From Candidatus Cloacimonadales bacterium (GTDB taxonomy: Bacteria; Cloacimonadota; Cloacimonadia; Cloacimonadales; JAFGVF01): DNA of 64,000 bases. The notes under the pieces are model-generated. The model worked only from the letters and a program-made list of their open reading frames with translations. It was not told where the DNA came from and did no database searches. The DNA lies in contig CAXXJV010000001.1 of assembly GCA_963663475.2 (NCBI GenBank), forward strand, positions 1,888,001 through 1,952,000. The letters run 5' to 3'. Position numbers and translations under genes: made by a program. Numbering within the stretch: the stretch's first letter is position 1; every line of letters starts with the position of its first letter. Positions 31,193 to 40,137 of this stretch are shown piece after piece.

Positions 31193-31360
31193 ACTCTAAG
31201 AATATATACTAAAAATTTTTAACAAGTCGAGTGTATGCATATACAACTATAAGATGATGTTTTATGATAAACGGTAGTTTTTTTATTTTGTAATATTATA
31301 ATCAAGAAAGAGGTCTAAATATGGATATTTCTTATGCCAGCACAAAAAACATTATAAAAA

Positions 31361-32910
31361 CAGGCATACCCCAAAAAACTGCAAATAGCAGTATGTTAGA
31401 TGTTTATAATGACTATTTAAAATATATTAATGCTGAGAGAGAGTAGTGTTAAGGGATATTTATATCAAAACCACTTGTTAGTTAGAAATTTAATTAAACA
31501 AGCCACACAGCTCTAATATTAAGTCATTTTTTTTAGTGAATTGTAAGCAACGGATATATATAAAATAACTAAAAATATATGTTGCAAAAAAGTGTTCCAT
31601 TATACAATTAGATTCACAACAAAATAAAATCAAAAGGAGTATTCTAACAATGATTTCAAAGAGTTATAATGTGTTAAAATTACAAGGAAAATTATCAAAA
31701 AGAGAAAAAAGTTATCTCAAGGCTTAACAATACCAGAATCTAAAGCCTTGAGAAACATAACAAAAGGTGGCATTTCAAGTGAAACATTAATAGTTAGGCA
31801 AAAAGCATTATCTTTGCACGAAAAGATTAATTTAGATAAAGTATGTGAGAAATTATATCGTAATCTTAAAAATGATAAGTTATCTGATGTAATTAGTGAA
31901 AATATAATGAGATCCAATTGTTCAAAAGCTACTGATGAAACTTATTTCATAGCTGATGACTCAGATTTAATTAAACATAGATCACATAAGATTGAAGGAT
32001 TAGCACGAGTACGTAATGGTTCTACAGGTAAAAGTATGAATGGCTTTTATTTATCAAATATAACATCTTTGAATGATAATGGTAAATATTATTCAATACT
32101 TACAATATGTAGCCAATTATACAGCAATATCATCGAAGACGATAGGATAAATGATATAACTAACCATAGCAATAACAAAGGAATTTATTTCTGACAGAGG
32201 GTATGAAAGTAGAAAAATAATCACTATATTATCTAATGATGAAAGCAATTAGATACTTAGAAGTACAGGAAGAGGAAGTTTAATCGTGGATGAAGTTGAA
32301 AAACCTTTTACAGATGTTACAAAAACAATAAAGAGAAAACCCAAGTTTAAAACTTACAAAAATAAGATTTACATGTGTGGAGTAAAAAGGGTTAAAATTA
32401 GAACAAATCCTCATAAAACTAAAAAGCCAGATACAGTAGAGATTCATCTAGTAGTTGCCCGATATGGTAAGAAAGGAGGCTAATTCTATTTACTATGTAA
32501 CTTCAATACTAAAGACTTAACAGACTATGAGATAATTGAAAAAGCATTGAGAGGATATGGATACAGATGGAAAATTGAAGAGTTTCATAGACATGTAAAA
32601 CAAGAGTTTAACTGGGGAAATATCCAGTTAATGAGTTATGTAGGATTAAAAAATTTAAATACAATCCTGATGGTCGCAGTTGATATAATATACTCTGCTA
32701 TAAAATATATAGATGAACTCTTATATTTATACTCAGAATTTGGAAATTTGAAAACAACAGACATATAAACATGTATATTATAAGCTTAGTAGAGTCATAA
32801 AACATATATTTAGTAATACAAAACTGAACAAGATTATACCCTGCAAAGGTGAATGTCATGACAAGTTGCAACTTAGAGTCAAGTTCTCATAAAAAAATGA
32901 GGTATGCCAA
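31361..32910 (+). mobile_element. degraded IS4-superfamily insertion sequence
   Basis: Transposase fragments with IADDSD, DRGY, Y.YRWKIEEFHR..KQ (YREK motif); inverted ends GGCATACCCCA (31363) / TGAGGTATGCC (ending 32908). Confidence 0.8.
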
Positions 32911-33043
32911 AAATAAATATATTGACAAGAAAAATTGTGCTATGCATTTTTGAAATGTAGTATTTATTAATATAATTTCGTAACCACACAATACTCAATT
33001 ATGAGTATATTAGTTTTATTAATAAAAAACAATAGGAGAGAAA

Positions 33044-33138
33044 ATGAAAAAGGGAATAATGTATCTTCAGGTGTATATTTTTATAAACTAATATTTAATG
33101 ATAGTATTTATACAAAAAAATTACTAATGCTTAAATAA
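33044..33138 (+). pseudogene. deletion scar: RBS+ATG fused to the last 29 codons of a T9SS-CTD gene
   Basis: AGGAGAGAAA-ATGAAAAAG joined out of frame to KGNNVSSGVYFYKLIFNDSIYTKKLLMLK*. Confidence 0.75.
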
Positions 33139-33145
33139 ACAAGTA

Positions 33146-33175
33146 TGGGTGTGTCATAATATTATGACACACCCA
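33146..33175. repeat. perfect 30-bp palindrome
   Basis: TGGGTGTGTCATAAT|ATTATGACACACCCA. Confidence 0.85.
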
Positions 33176-33194
33176 CCAGAAGAAGGAGAAAACT

Positions 33195-34295
33195 ATGAAA
33201 AAAAATATTGTACTAATTATATTTTCCCTCTCAATGAATTTTCTTTTAGCGAAGTCAATAGCAAATTTTCCAATAGTTGAACTAACTGATGTTGAAAAAG
33301 AAGCCTATCGAGAAATGGTAAGAAGTAACCCAGATGAAAATTCTTTTTTCCCTCTACAAACAGGAAATTATTGGAATATTTTTAATACGTTAGACTTCTA
33401 TCCTGAAGTATCATACACTAGAACTGAGTATAGAGTTACTGATGAGATGGAATTCAATGGGCACAGAGTGTTTAAATTAGAAGCAGGGTGGACCGTATTA
33501 GAAAATCAAGATGATCAAACGGGTGAAGATAATTTCTATCATATTGGGTGGTTTACAGAAATTGATGATATATTGTATTATTGTGATGTTGATAGTTTGT
33601 TTTCTGTTGTCAGCGACAATGGATTTGTAGTTGGAGAAGATTTTACAGTTGAATTAGGTGATGGAGAGGGTATTCTACCTGGCAATCAATTACATATAAT
33701 CTATAGTGACTTCTGGGAATTAGAATGGTGCCTTGAGCAAGATCCTGATATGACATACGAAGAAGTTGCTTATTATCTGTGGGCTGGAGAAGTTCTTAAT
33801 AGTGGATTTATTGATATTTTTGGACAAATAACTGAATACAAGACTATATATTATACTGCTGAAGGTTCTGTAGATTTGAATCATGTTATTGTCTGGGCAA
33901 GAGGAATTGGTATGATCCAAAATTATAACTATGAAGGTGCTTCTGCCTTATTGGATGGATGTGTAATAAATGGTATAAGCTATGGTATTGTGTCTAATGA
34001 AAATGCAGAAGTTACTGTTCCAGAAATTACTGCGAATAACTATCCAAATCCTTTTAATCCAGAGACTACTATCGAATTTTATAATCCAAGAGCAGGAAAA
34101 GTAGCCATTAATATTTATAATGTTAAAGGACAATTAGTTAAATCACTTCTAAATCAGAAGATGGAACAGGGCTTAAACAGTGTAGTATGGGATGGTAGTG
34201 ATACTAATAATAATCCAATAGCTAGTGGAATCTATTTCTATAAATTAGAAACTGATACAAAAACTATAACCAAGAAAATGATATTAATGAAATAG
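33195..34295 (+). CDS. secreted protein with T9SS-type CTD
   Basis: Signal peptide, FFPLQTGNYW, WARGIG...L.GCVINGI.YG, NYPNPFNPET...ASGIYFY...KKMILMK. Confidence 0.85.
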   Translation: MKKNIVLIIFSLSMNFLLAKSIANFPIVELTDVEKEAYREMVRSNPDENSFFPLQTGNYWNIFNTLDFYPEVSYTRTEYRVTDEMEFNGHRVFKLEAGWTVLENQDDQTGEDNFYHIGWFTEIDDILYYCDVDSLFSVVSDNGFVVGEDFTVELGDGEGILPGNQLHIIYSDFWELEWCLEQDPDMTYEEVAYYLWAGEVLNSGFIDIFGQITEYKTIYYTAEGSVDLNHVIVWARGIGMIQNYNYEGASALLDGCVINGISYGIVSNENAEVTVPEITANNYPNPFNPETTIEFYNPRAGKVAINIYNVKGQLVKSLLNQKMEQGLNSVVWDGSDTNNNPIASGIYFYKLETDTKTITKKMILMK

Positions 34296-34317
34296 TATCA
34301 TAAATAAAAAAATATAA

Positions 34318-34341
34318 GAGCTCTACTTAAAAGTAGAGCTC
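34318..34341 (+). terminator. stem-loop after 33195-34295
   Basis: GAGCTCTACT-taaa-AGTAGAGCTC. Confidence 0.55.
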
Positions 34342-34719
34342 AACTTTAATACAACGGATTTAAAGTACTATTAAAACTCATCCTGTTTTCATATCACGTT
34401 ATTTCTTTTGCTACAAAGATATCTTTATATAGATCATTTTTGATGTTGATAAAATATAGTTCTAAATAAAGACATTGGCAATCAAAAAAACAATATTATT
34501 TAGTTCTGCGAATGAAAGGATAGGTAATTATGTTAATGATAAGGATTATACGTGAGATAAATATCTTGAAAAACTAACAAATAAGGAAAGTTTGAAAGTA
34601 ATTTTTCTAATATAATAATACAACTAGTAATCCTAGATTTTTTCAATATGTTATCTCTTCTGATACAAATAATAAGAACAAGTTTGTAAAATTAGTTGTT
34701 AATGAATTTCAAAAGGAAT

Positions 34720-35601
34720 CTATACTATCTCTGTAGTAGTCCTACACCTCCAATGAAACGGAGGGAAAGGTGAATAATTTCCAGAGACTCCAATTGGATT
34801 ACCAGTTGAGTCTCTTTTTATTTGCTTATCTGAAACCCAGGGAGCTATCTCCTTAGTCATTTCTCTAACTGATTCTAGTGAGTGTTTGTTTGCATTTATA
34901 TTTATATTTAACAGCTCATTCATAGTATCGATTGCTGTATCAACTGGATATACTTTGTCCTGGGCTGAAAGAGCTCTACATATCTCTGAAGTCCTATCAT
35001 CTAATATCACTACAAGCCTATAACCTGTAGCTCCTGCTTTATGATATCCTTCTAATCTACCAAATTCTCGTATTCTAAGGGCTGTATGCTCAGCTAGACC
35101 TTTCCAGTAGTGTTGATTCTTCTCTCCAAGGGATTTAAACTCTTCCTTTAGCTTATTAGCCAACATCTCTTTGGTAAATCCAGATGCTACTGATTCTTTA
35201 AGTGTATCTTTAAACTTAGTCTCGATATCTGTGCCATACTTATTTCCAATCCAGAAGAGATTTTGCTTGGTGATCAGAGACTCTAATTTGTTTTCTCTGA
35301 TTCCATAGATTCCTATTTTAGTATTGTGTGGTATCTGCTTCTGCGAATCTTTAAGACCTAGCAGGAGATTTCTTTTAATGAAAGCCTTCGTATCGGTGCG
35401 TAGAAGCGATGAAAAGTCTTCGCCGAGGTTTGATGCTATTATGGTTAGAATATCGTCTATATGGCTCTTATTTAGTCTCTCATGCTTTGGAATATCAGTT
35501 AGCATCTGAAGAGCTTGTTTGGCTGAATCTTTGATTTCCTTGATCCAGGAGTTGTTTAATACTTGGTAGTACTGATAGATTAGCTTGTCAAAATATGTCA
35601 A
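34720..35601 (-). CDS. phage head morphogenesis protein (Mu gpF / SPP1 gp7 family)
   Basis: LDDRTSEICR and PPFHWRCRT motifs. Confidence 0.85.
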   Translation of the reverse strand: MTYFDKLIYQYYQVLNNSWIKEIKDSAKQALQMLTDIPKHERLNKSHIDDILTIIASNLGEDFSSLLRTDTKAFIKRNLLLGLKDSQKQIPHNTKIGIYGIRENKLESLITKQNLFWIGNKYGTDIETKFKDTLKESVASGFTKEMLANKLKEEFKSLGEKNQHYWKGLAEHTALRIREFGRLEGYHKAGATGYRLVVILDDRTSEICRALSAQDKVYPVDTAIDTMNELLNININANKHSLESVREMTKEIAPWVSDKQIKRDSTGNPIGVSGNYSPFPPFHWRCRTTTEIV

Positions 35602-35614
35602 AAGGAAAAACTCC

Positions 35615-37141
35615 TTACTCTGACTCTGGATTTTCCTGATCGTATTCTGGGAATCTCTCTAAACAGCCAGCTAAGGCATCAGGACCATCTACATAACCAT
35701 CTGGATAGGTTAAATACTGGTTTATAAGAGTTGGAGTATCCTGACCATCAGGGAATTGTACTTTACCTGTTTCAATGGTTGTATCAGTTCTCTCAATTCT
35801 AAGATTCTTATTCTTGTCATTGTTGATTCTTCTGATTCTGTGTGATATAGGATGGCGATTGTTATCTCTACACCATAAATCAAAGTCAGCTAATATTCTA
35901 TGTTGTCCAAAGTTAGTCTCTATTGCAGATCTAAATCGGACTCCATACTTCCTGGATAGCTCAGAGTAGGCATCATAGTAGTAACTAAAGAACTTGCTGT
36001 TCTCAGTCTGCCTAATCCAGACATGGATAACATAAAATTTATTGCCATCATAACCTATGGAGATAATAGCCTTGTAGCATCCTTTTTCTCCCCAGGCTGG
36101 ATCAGCATACATCCAGACTCTTTTAAATCTTTTGGGAAGAGTAGTATATTTGATGAACCAGTGGAACTTAAACATATTTCCTTCAATTACTGGTCTGCCT
36201 AAAAACTCTCTTTGATATCCTGTTAAACCAAACTTCTTCTTTAGTTTAGGCAGTTCTTCAGTCGGATATTGCTTTTCCCAGACACTATTTCCATCTTGAT
36301 TTTCAAGTGGGAACCTTAAAAGCCTTTTTTCTAAAGCATAAAGATGTTGAACTGTATCTGGATTAAACTCATTGGTTTCTAACTTTAACTCATCTATGAT
36401 GTCTTGTTGAAATTGACAGATAGCATAATTAGGATGCACTAGATTACCAAGCCAGATAATCTTACCATCACTAGCAGGATCTAAAGCTCCTCCAATCTCT
36501 TGGATAATCTTATCCATCTTCTTTTTACCAATAGATTGATTACCAATGTTTTCTTCTTTATCAATATCATCACAGATAACAAGTCCTGGTCGAGTTGATG
36601 TTCTGGGGTTGATAGAGCCTCTAAAAGATTGTTTAATACCTCTAGCTCTGATTCTGCATTTATTCTGAAGATAAAAATCAGATTCATCTCTATCAACAGG
36701 CATAATTCCATCAAAATCAAGTTGCAGTCTTTTATTCTGAGTTAACTCATTGTAAGTAAAGGCTGTTCTCTCTTCTGCTAAATCTGCATCAGCTGCAGTG
36801 TGAATAATATATCTCTCACCCTTAATGATTTTCCAGATAGGGTAGACAACTCCCATAAGAACGGTCTTGCCGAGTCCTCTAAAGCCTGTAATAGATGTTA
36901 CTCCATTATACTTCTCAGTAATCTCAAACATTTCCTTGTGAGCATCAGCAAATTCAAGCTTGAAGATATGAGGAAAATAACTTACACAAAAATAAGAGAA
37001 GGCTGACCAGCCATCACTGGTAGCCTTCTTTATTCTTTGCTTCTGTTTATTAGGTGTATCATTTTGGAAGGGCTTTACACTGGAGGTTTTAGAAGCAATG
37101 TCCGAAAAGTTCTTATAGTCTTTTTGAGTTATTCTAACCAC
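35615..37141 (-). CDS. terL: terminase large subunit
   Basis: Walker A GFRGLGKT, Walker B LVICDDID, nuclease YADPA and DGPDAL. Confidence 0.88.
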   Translation of the reverse strand: MVRITQKDYKNFSDIASKTSSVKPFQNDTPNKQKQRIKKATSDGWSAFSYFCVSYFPHIFKLEFADAHKEMFEITEKYNGVTSITGFRGLGKTVLMGVVYPIWKIIKGERYIIHTAADADLAEERTAFTYNELTQNKRLQLDFDGIMPVDRDESDFYLQNKCRIRARGIKQSFRGSINPRTSTRPGLVICDDIDKEENIGNQSIGKKKMDKIIQEIGGALDPASDGKIIWLGNLVHPNYAICQFQQDIIDELKLETNEFNPDTVQHLYALEKRLLRFPLENQDGNSVWEKQYPTEELPKLKKKFGLTGYQREFLGRPVIEGNMFKFHWFIKYTTLPKRFKRVWMYADPAWGEKGCYKAIISIGYDGNKFYVIHVWIRQTENSKFFSYYYDAYSELSRKYGVRFRSAIETNFGQHRILADFDLWCRDNNRHPISHRIRRINNDKNKNLRIERTDTTIETGKVQFPDGQDTPTLINQYLTYPDGYVDGPDALAGCLERFPEYDQENPESE

Positions 37142-37595
37142 TGCTTGCCCTTTTTCTAAAGTATTCTACTATACCAGTTTCTCCTAAAATCTCTTTTTGG
37201 ATTGCTCTGGCTATTTCGTCATTATTTGAGCTTAAGAAGAAGTCTATTAACCAATCTAAGAACTTCTTCATATGTTCAATGAAGTCCTTGGTTGGCTCGA
37301 AGTCTATCTTATACTGTCTAAGTAATGATACCAAAGATTGAAGAGCAGTGTCTTGTGGAGCTCTTGCATACTCTCTAAGAGCTTTAATTAAAGCCTTCTT
37401 AAGTGCTATCTTAATTTCATCTTCAAGAGTTGCAATTTGATCATACTCAGTTTCCCAGTTGTCTTTCTTGATCCAGTTTCTAACTGTCTTTTCGGCAACA
37501 TCATAAATCTTAGCAAGAGCCACTGCATTAGTTTCTCCTTTAAGATATAGTTTCTTAGCTGATTGTCGTTTGATTTTATATTCTCTTGAATTCAT
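37134..37595 (-). CDS. putative terminase small subunit (DUF1804-like HTH)
   Basis: AKKLYL.G...LA..YDVAEKTVRNW...W; directly upstream of terL. Confidence 0.7.
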   Translation of the reverse strand: MNSREYKIKRQSAKKLYLKGETNAVALAKIYDVAEKTVRNWIKKDNWETEYDQIATLEDEIKIALKKALIKALREYARAPQDTALQSLVSLLRQYKIDFEPTKDFIEHMKKFLDWLIDFFLSSNNDEIARAIQKEILGETGIVEYFRKRASSG

Positions 37596-37959
37596 AAGAT
37601 TGTAAGACCTTAATTAAAGTTCCTTTTTCATTTTTGGTTAGATATTTGATTCCTGATTTATTAAATTTCTGGGCTATAAAATCATACAACTGCTTTCTAG
37701 ACCAGTTTGAAGATTTATAAAGAGCCCATATTTTCTTTCCTTGAGGATCTAGATTCTCATAAGTATAGTTCTTTTTGCCTCTGAGAATTAGATTAAGATT
37801 AATGAGAGAAGGCAGATTGAGCTTTCTTAAGGAGGTTCCGAATCCTAAAGTTTGCATTTGGGAATGTAGTTCATCAATAGTTATTCGGAGATCATTTTTT
37901 GCGAAAATAACTATGATTTTTCTCAAACGTTTTGCTAACTCAATCTGCCTGTCTGTCAT
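37576..37959 (-). CDS. Mu GemA/gp16-like protein
   Basis: Size, position and C-terminal 'L..FI...F......LT..E...LI..L' pattern. Confidence 0.5.
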   Translation of the reverse strand: MTDRQIELAKRLRKIIVIFAKNDLRITIDELHSQMQTLGFGTSLRKLNLPSLINLNLILRGKKNYTYENLDPQGKKIWALYKSSNWSRKQLYDFIAQKFNKSGIKYLTKNEKGTLIKVLQSYEFKRI

Positions 37960-37961
37960 AT

Positions 37962-38195
37962 CTATTCATTAAGAGGATCTACTTTGTGATCTTCTAGGTA
38001 TTTATTAATCTCTTTACCATGAACCCTTAACTGCCCATTAGTCTTTAATCTAAAGGCGGGTAGTGGATCATCTATATCACGTATAAGTCTATAGACTGTA
38101 CTAATATCAACATTTAATATTTCTGCTACATTAACAGGTGTGTAGCATCTGCTTTCATTAAAAACTTGTACCATATTTATATCTCCTAAATCCAT
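37962..38195 (-). CDS. excisionase-like HTH DNA-binding protein
   Basis: YTPVNVAEILNVDISTVYRLI....LPAFR...QLRV. Confidence 0.8.
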   Translation of the reverse strand: MDLGDINMVQVFNESRCYTPVNVAEILNVDISTVYRLIRDIDDPLPAFRLKTNGQLRVHGKEINKYLEDHKVDPLNE

Positions 38196-38304
38196 ATAAA
38201 CAAGCTAGTGGATATCGTCAAACCTCGATGCCTACATTTACCACAGAAAATTAGCAAAGAGAAAAGCTCCCAATTTTAGGAGTTATCAAAAGCTTAGACT
38301 TTCT

Positions 38305-39405
38305 CTACAAAGCACTAAAGTTAAGTGAGATAAGTCTAAATGGCTTATCTTTATCAGGTCTCTCATAAAAAGCAATATATTGCTTGGTTGAGGTAACTTG
38401 AATTGCCTCATCAATTAAATCCATAGCTTGTTGCCATTGTTTATCTTTGATGTTATAGCGTCTAAGTCCTAAGATTCTACTCTTAGCAATTTCCCCTTTT
38501 TTATCAACCTGGAATGCCTCTTTAATCACTGCTTGAAGATTTATATTTGAATCTTCACTCCACCGCTTTAAACACCCATCAATCTTCTGTTTGGCAATTT
38601 GAAGTTTCTCACTAAATTCGATTCGCTCTCTTTGCCTGACTTCAATCTTATACTTCCCATCAAATGATAATAACTCAGCATTGCCTTTCCATTCTTCTCC
38701 GTATTTTTGAGCAGTTTGGTTTAAATACTTATCAATATCATCTACCATTTTAATTTTCTCTGATTCAATTCTATCATGAAGTCTTGAAGCTTTTCCCATA
38801 AGACGATTAACAATAGTATCTCGTTTCACTATTTCAGGATCGAGTATTTTAGCTGGGTATTCTCTTCCACTGGCATCAACAAGAATTTTCTCTTTTCTTC
38901 CCATTATTACTCCTTCTTTAAACTCAGATTCTTTACTCTTGAGTTTGCGTAAGATATTACTGTCGAACTTACTACCTATTAGAAGTAAATCGACATCTTT
39001 TATGACTTTGTATTTTCCATTAACTAAATCTACCATACCGATTGAGCATAGAGCTACTAAGTATCTAGTAACTTTTCTTCGATCACCATCAAGGATTTCT
39101 GATAACTGCCTTACACTAGTATAGTTACCAGTCTTGACTTTCCGTAGCATAGATTTTAGAAATTTGATTTCGAAATTATAATTGTTGGTAGGGTTCTCCT
39201 CAACATAGTTAATATTCTTAATGTAAATTGAGAACTTACCCTTCTTGGATATTGGTTTTATTAATTCTTGGTTGCTCATTTTATTTAGCACTTTGATGGA
39301 CTGCTGTAAGGTCAAACCAGTTTCACTGGCAACAAGGTCGCCAGTGAAGGGTTTTCCATAATACTCTATAAAGTTTCTTACCTTTTTAAAATTGGATATT
39401 TCCAT
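38305..39405 (-). CDS. HTH protein fused to DUF3164-family Mu-like protein
   Basis: C-terminal half: KGNAELLSFDGKYK, F.E.LQ.AK..ID.C...W, AFQVDK.G, W..AM..I. Internal RBS and ATG at 38904. Confidence 0.75.
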   Translation of the reverse strand: MEISNFKKVRNFIEYYGKPFTGDLVASETGLTLQQSIKVLNKMSNQELIKPISKKGKFSIYIKNINYVEENPTNNYNFEIKFLKSMLRKVKTGNYTSVRQLSEILDGDRRKVTRYLVALCSIGMVDLVNGKYKVIKDVDLLLIGSKFDSNILRKLKSKESEFKEGVIMGRKEKILVDASGREYPAKILDPEIVKRDTIVNRLMGKASRLHDRIESEKIKMVDDIDKYLNQTAQKYGEEWKGNAELLSFDGKYKIEVRQRERIEFSEKLQIAKQKIDGCLKRWSEDSNINLQAVIKEAFQVDKKGEIAKSRILGLRRYNIKDKQWQQAMDLIDEAIQVTSTKQYIAFYERPDKDKPFRLISLNFSAL

Positions 39406-39415
39406 AAATTACCTA

Positions 39416-40129
39416 CTATATTGTGCCTAGATGCTCAGGTTTTATATGTGTTAGATCTTGTGACTCAGCAAGGTTTTCTAAGGAGTATAAAGACTTAATA
39501 AATTTCCTAATGTTACCCTTGGTCTTCCTGGCTATGAATTGAATAACAGTGTCATCAACTTTTACCTCACATACCTCTTTACATAGGAGGATTAAATCAT
39601 CTATTTCTAAAGGTTTAAATTGGCAGAAGAAGTTGCATCTATCAAAATAATGAGCATCAGCAGATAAGAGACTCTCTTTAGCATCTGACATTCCTACAAG
39701 AACTACTATTGATAGTGTTTGATCAACAATATCACGAATACTGCCTAAAATCTTTTTATTCTTAAAGGCATAATCTATCTCATCTATTACTATGACGGTA
39801 TTCTCAAAGTTACTAAGGATATCTACACAACGTTGGAAAATATCATTAGCTGTTCCTCTAACACCAATTTTTGGCATACCGAAGTGATAATAAATACGCT
39901 CTAATAATCTACCAGCAAAGCTCTTAGCTGTCATAGTAGCTTCGAGTCTAAAGTAGATATAATCATTTTGGATAGCTGATTGACGGGCAAATCTACTTTT
40001 ACCAAGTCCTGGAGGTCCATAGATAAGTCCTAAACCAACCATTTCAGTTTTAGGTCTTTTAATCAAATAATCAAATAAATCGTAGGCTCTAATTACATTC
40101 TTTGTTTTTACTAAGGTATATTCTCGCAT
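39416..40129 (-). CDS. MuB-like AAA+ transposition ATPase
   Basis: Walker A GPPGLGKS, Walker B VIVIDEID, R.I.D, VVLVGM; directly after the transposase. Confidence 0.88.
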   Translation of the reverse strand: MREYTLVKTKNVIRAYDLFDYLIKRPKTEMVGLGLIYGPPGLGKSRFARQSAIQNDYIYFRLEATMTAKSFAGRLLERIYYHFGMPKIGVRGTANDIFQRCVDILSNFENTVIVIDEIDYAFKNKKILGSIRDIVDQTLSIVVLVGMSDAKESLLSADAHYFDRCNFFCQFKPLEIDDLILLCKEVCEVKVDDTVIQFIARKTKGNIRKFIKSLYSLENLAESQDLTHIKPEHLGTI

Positions 40130-40137
40130 ATTATCTC

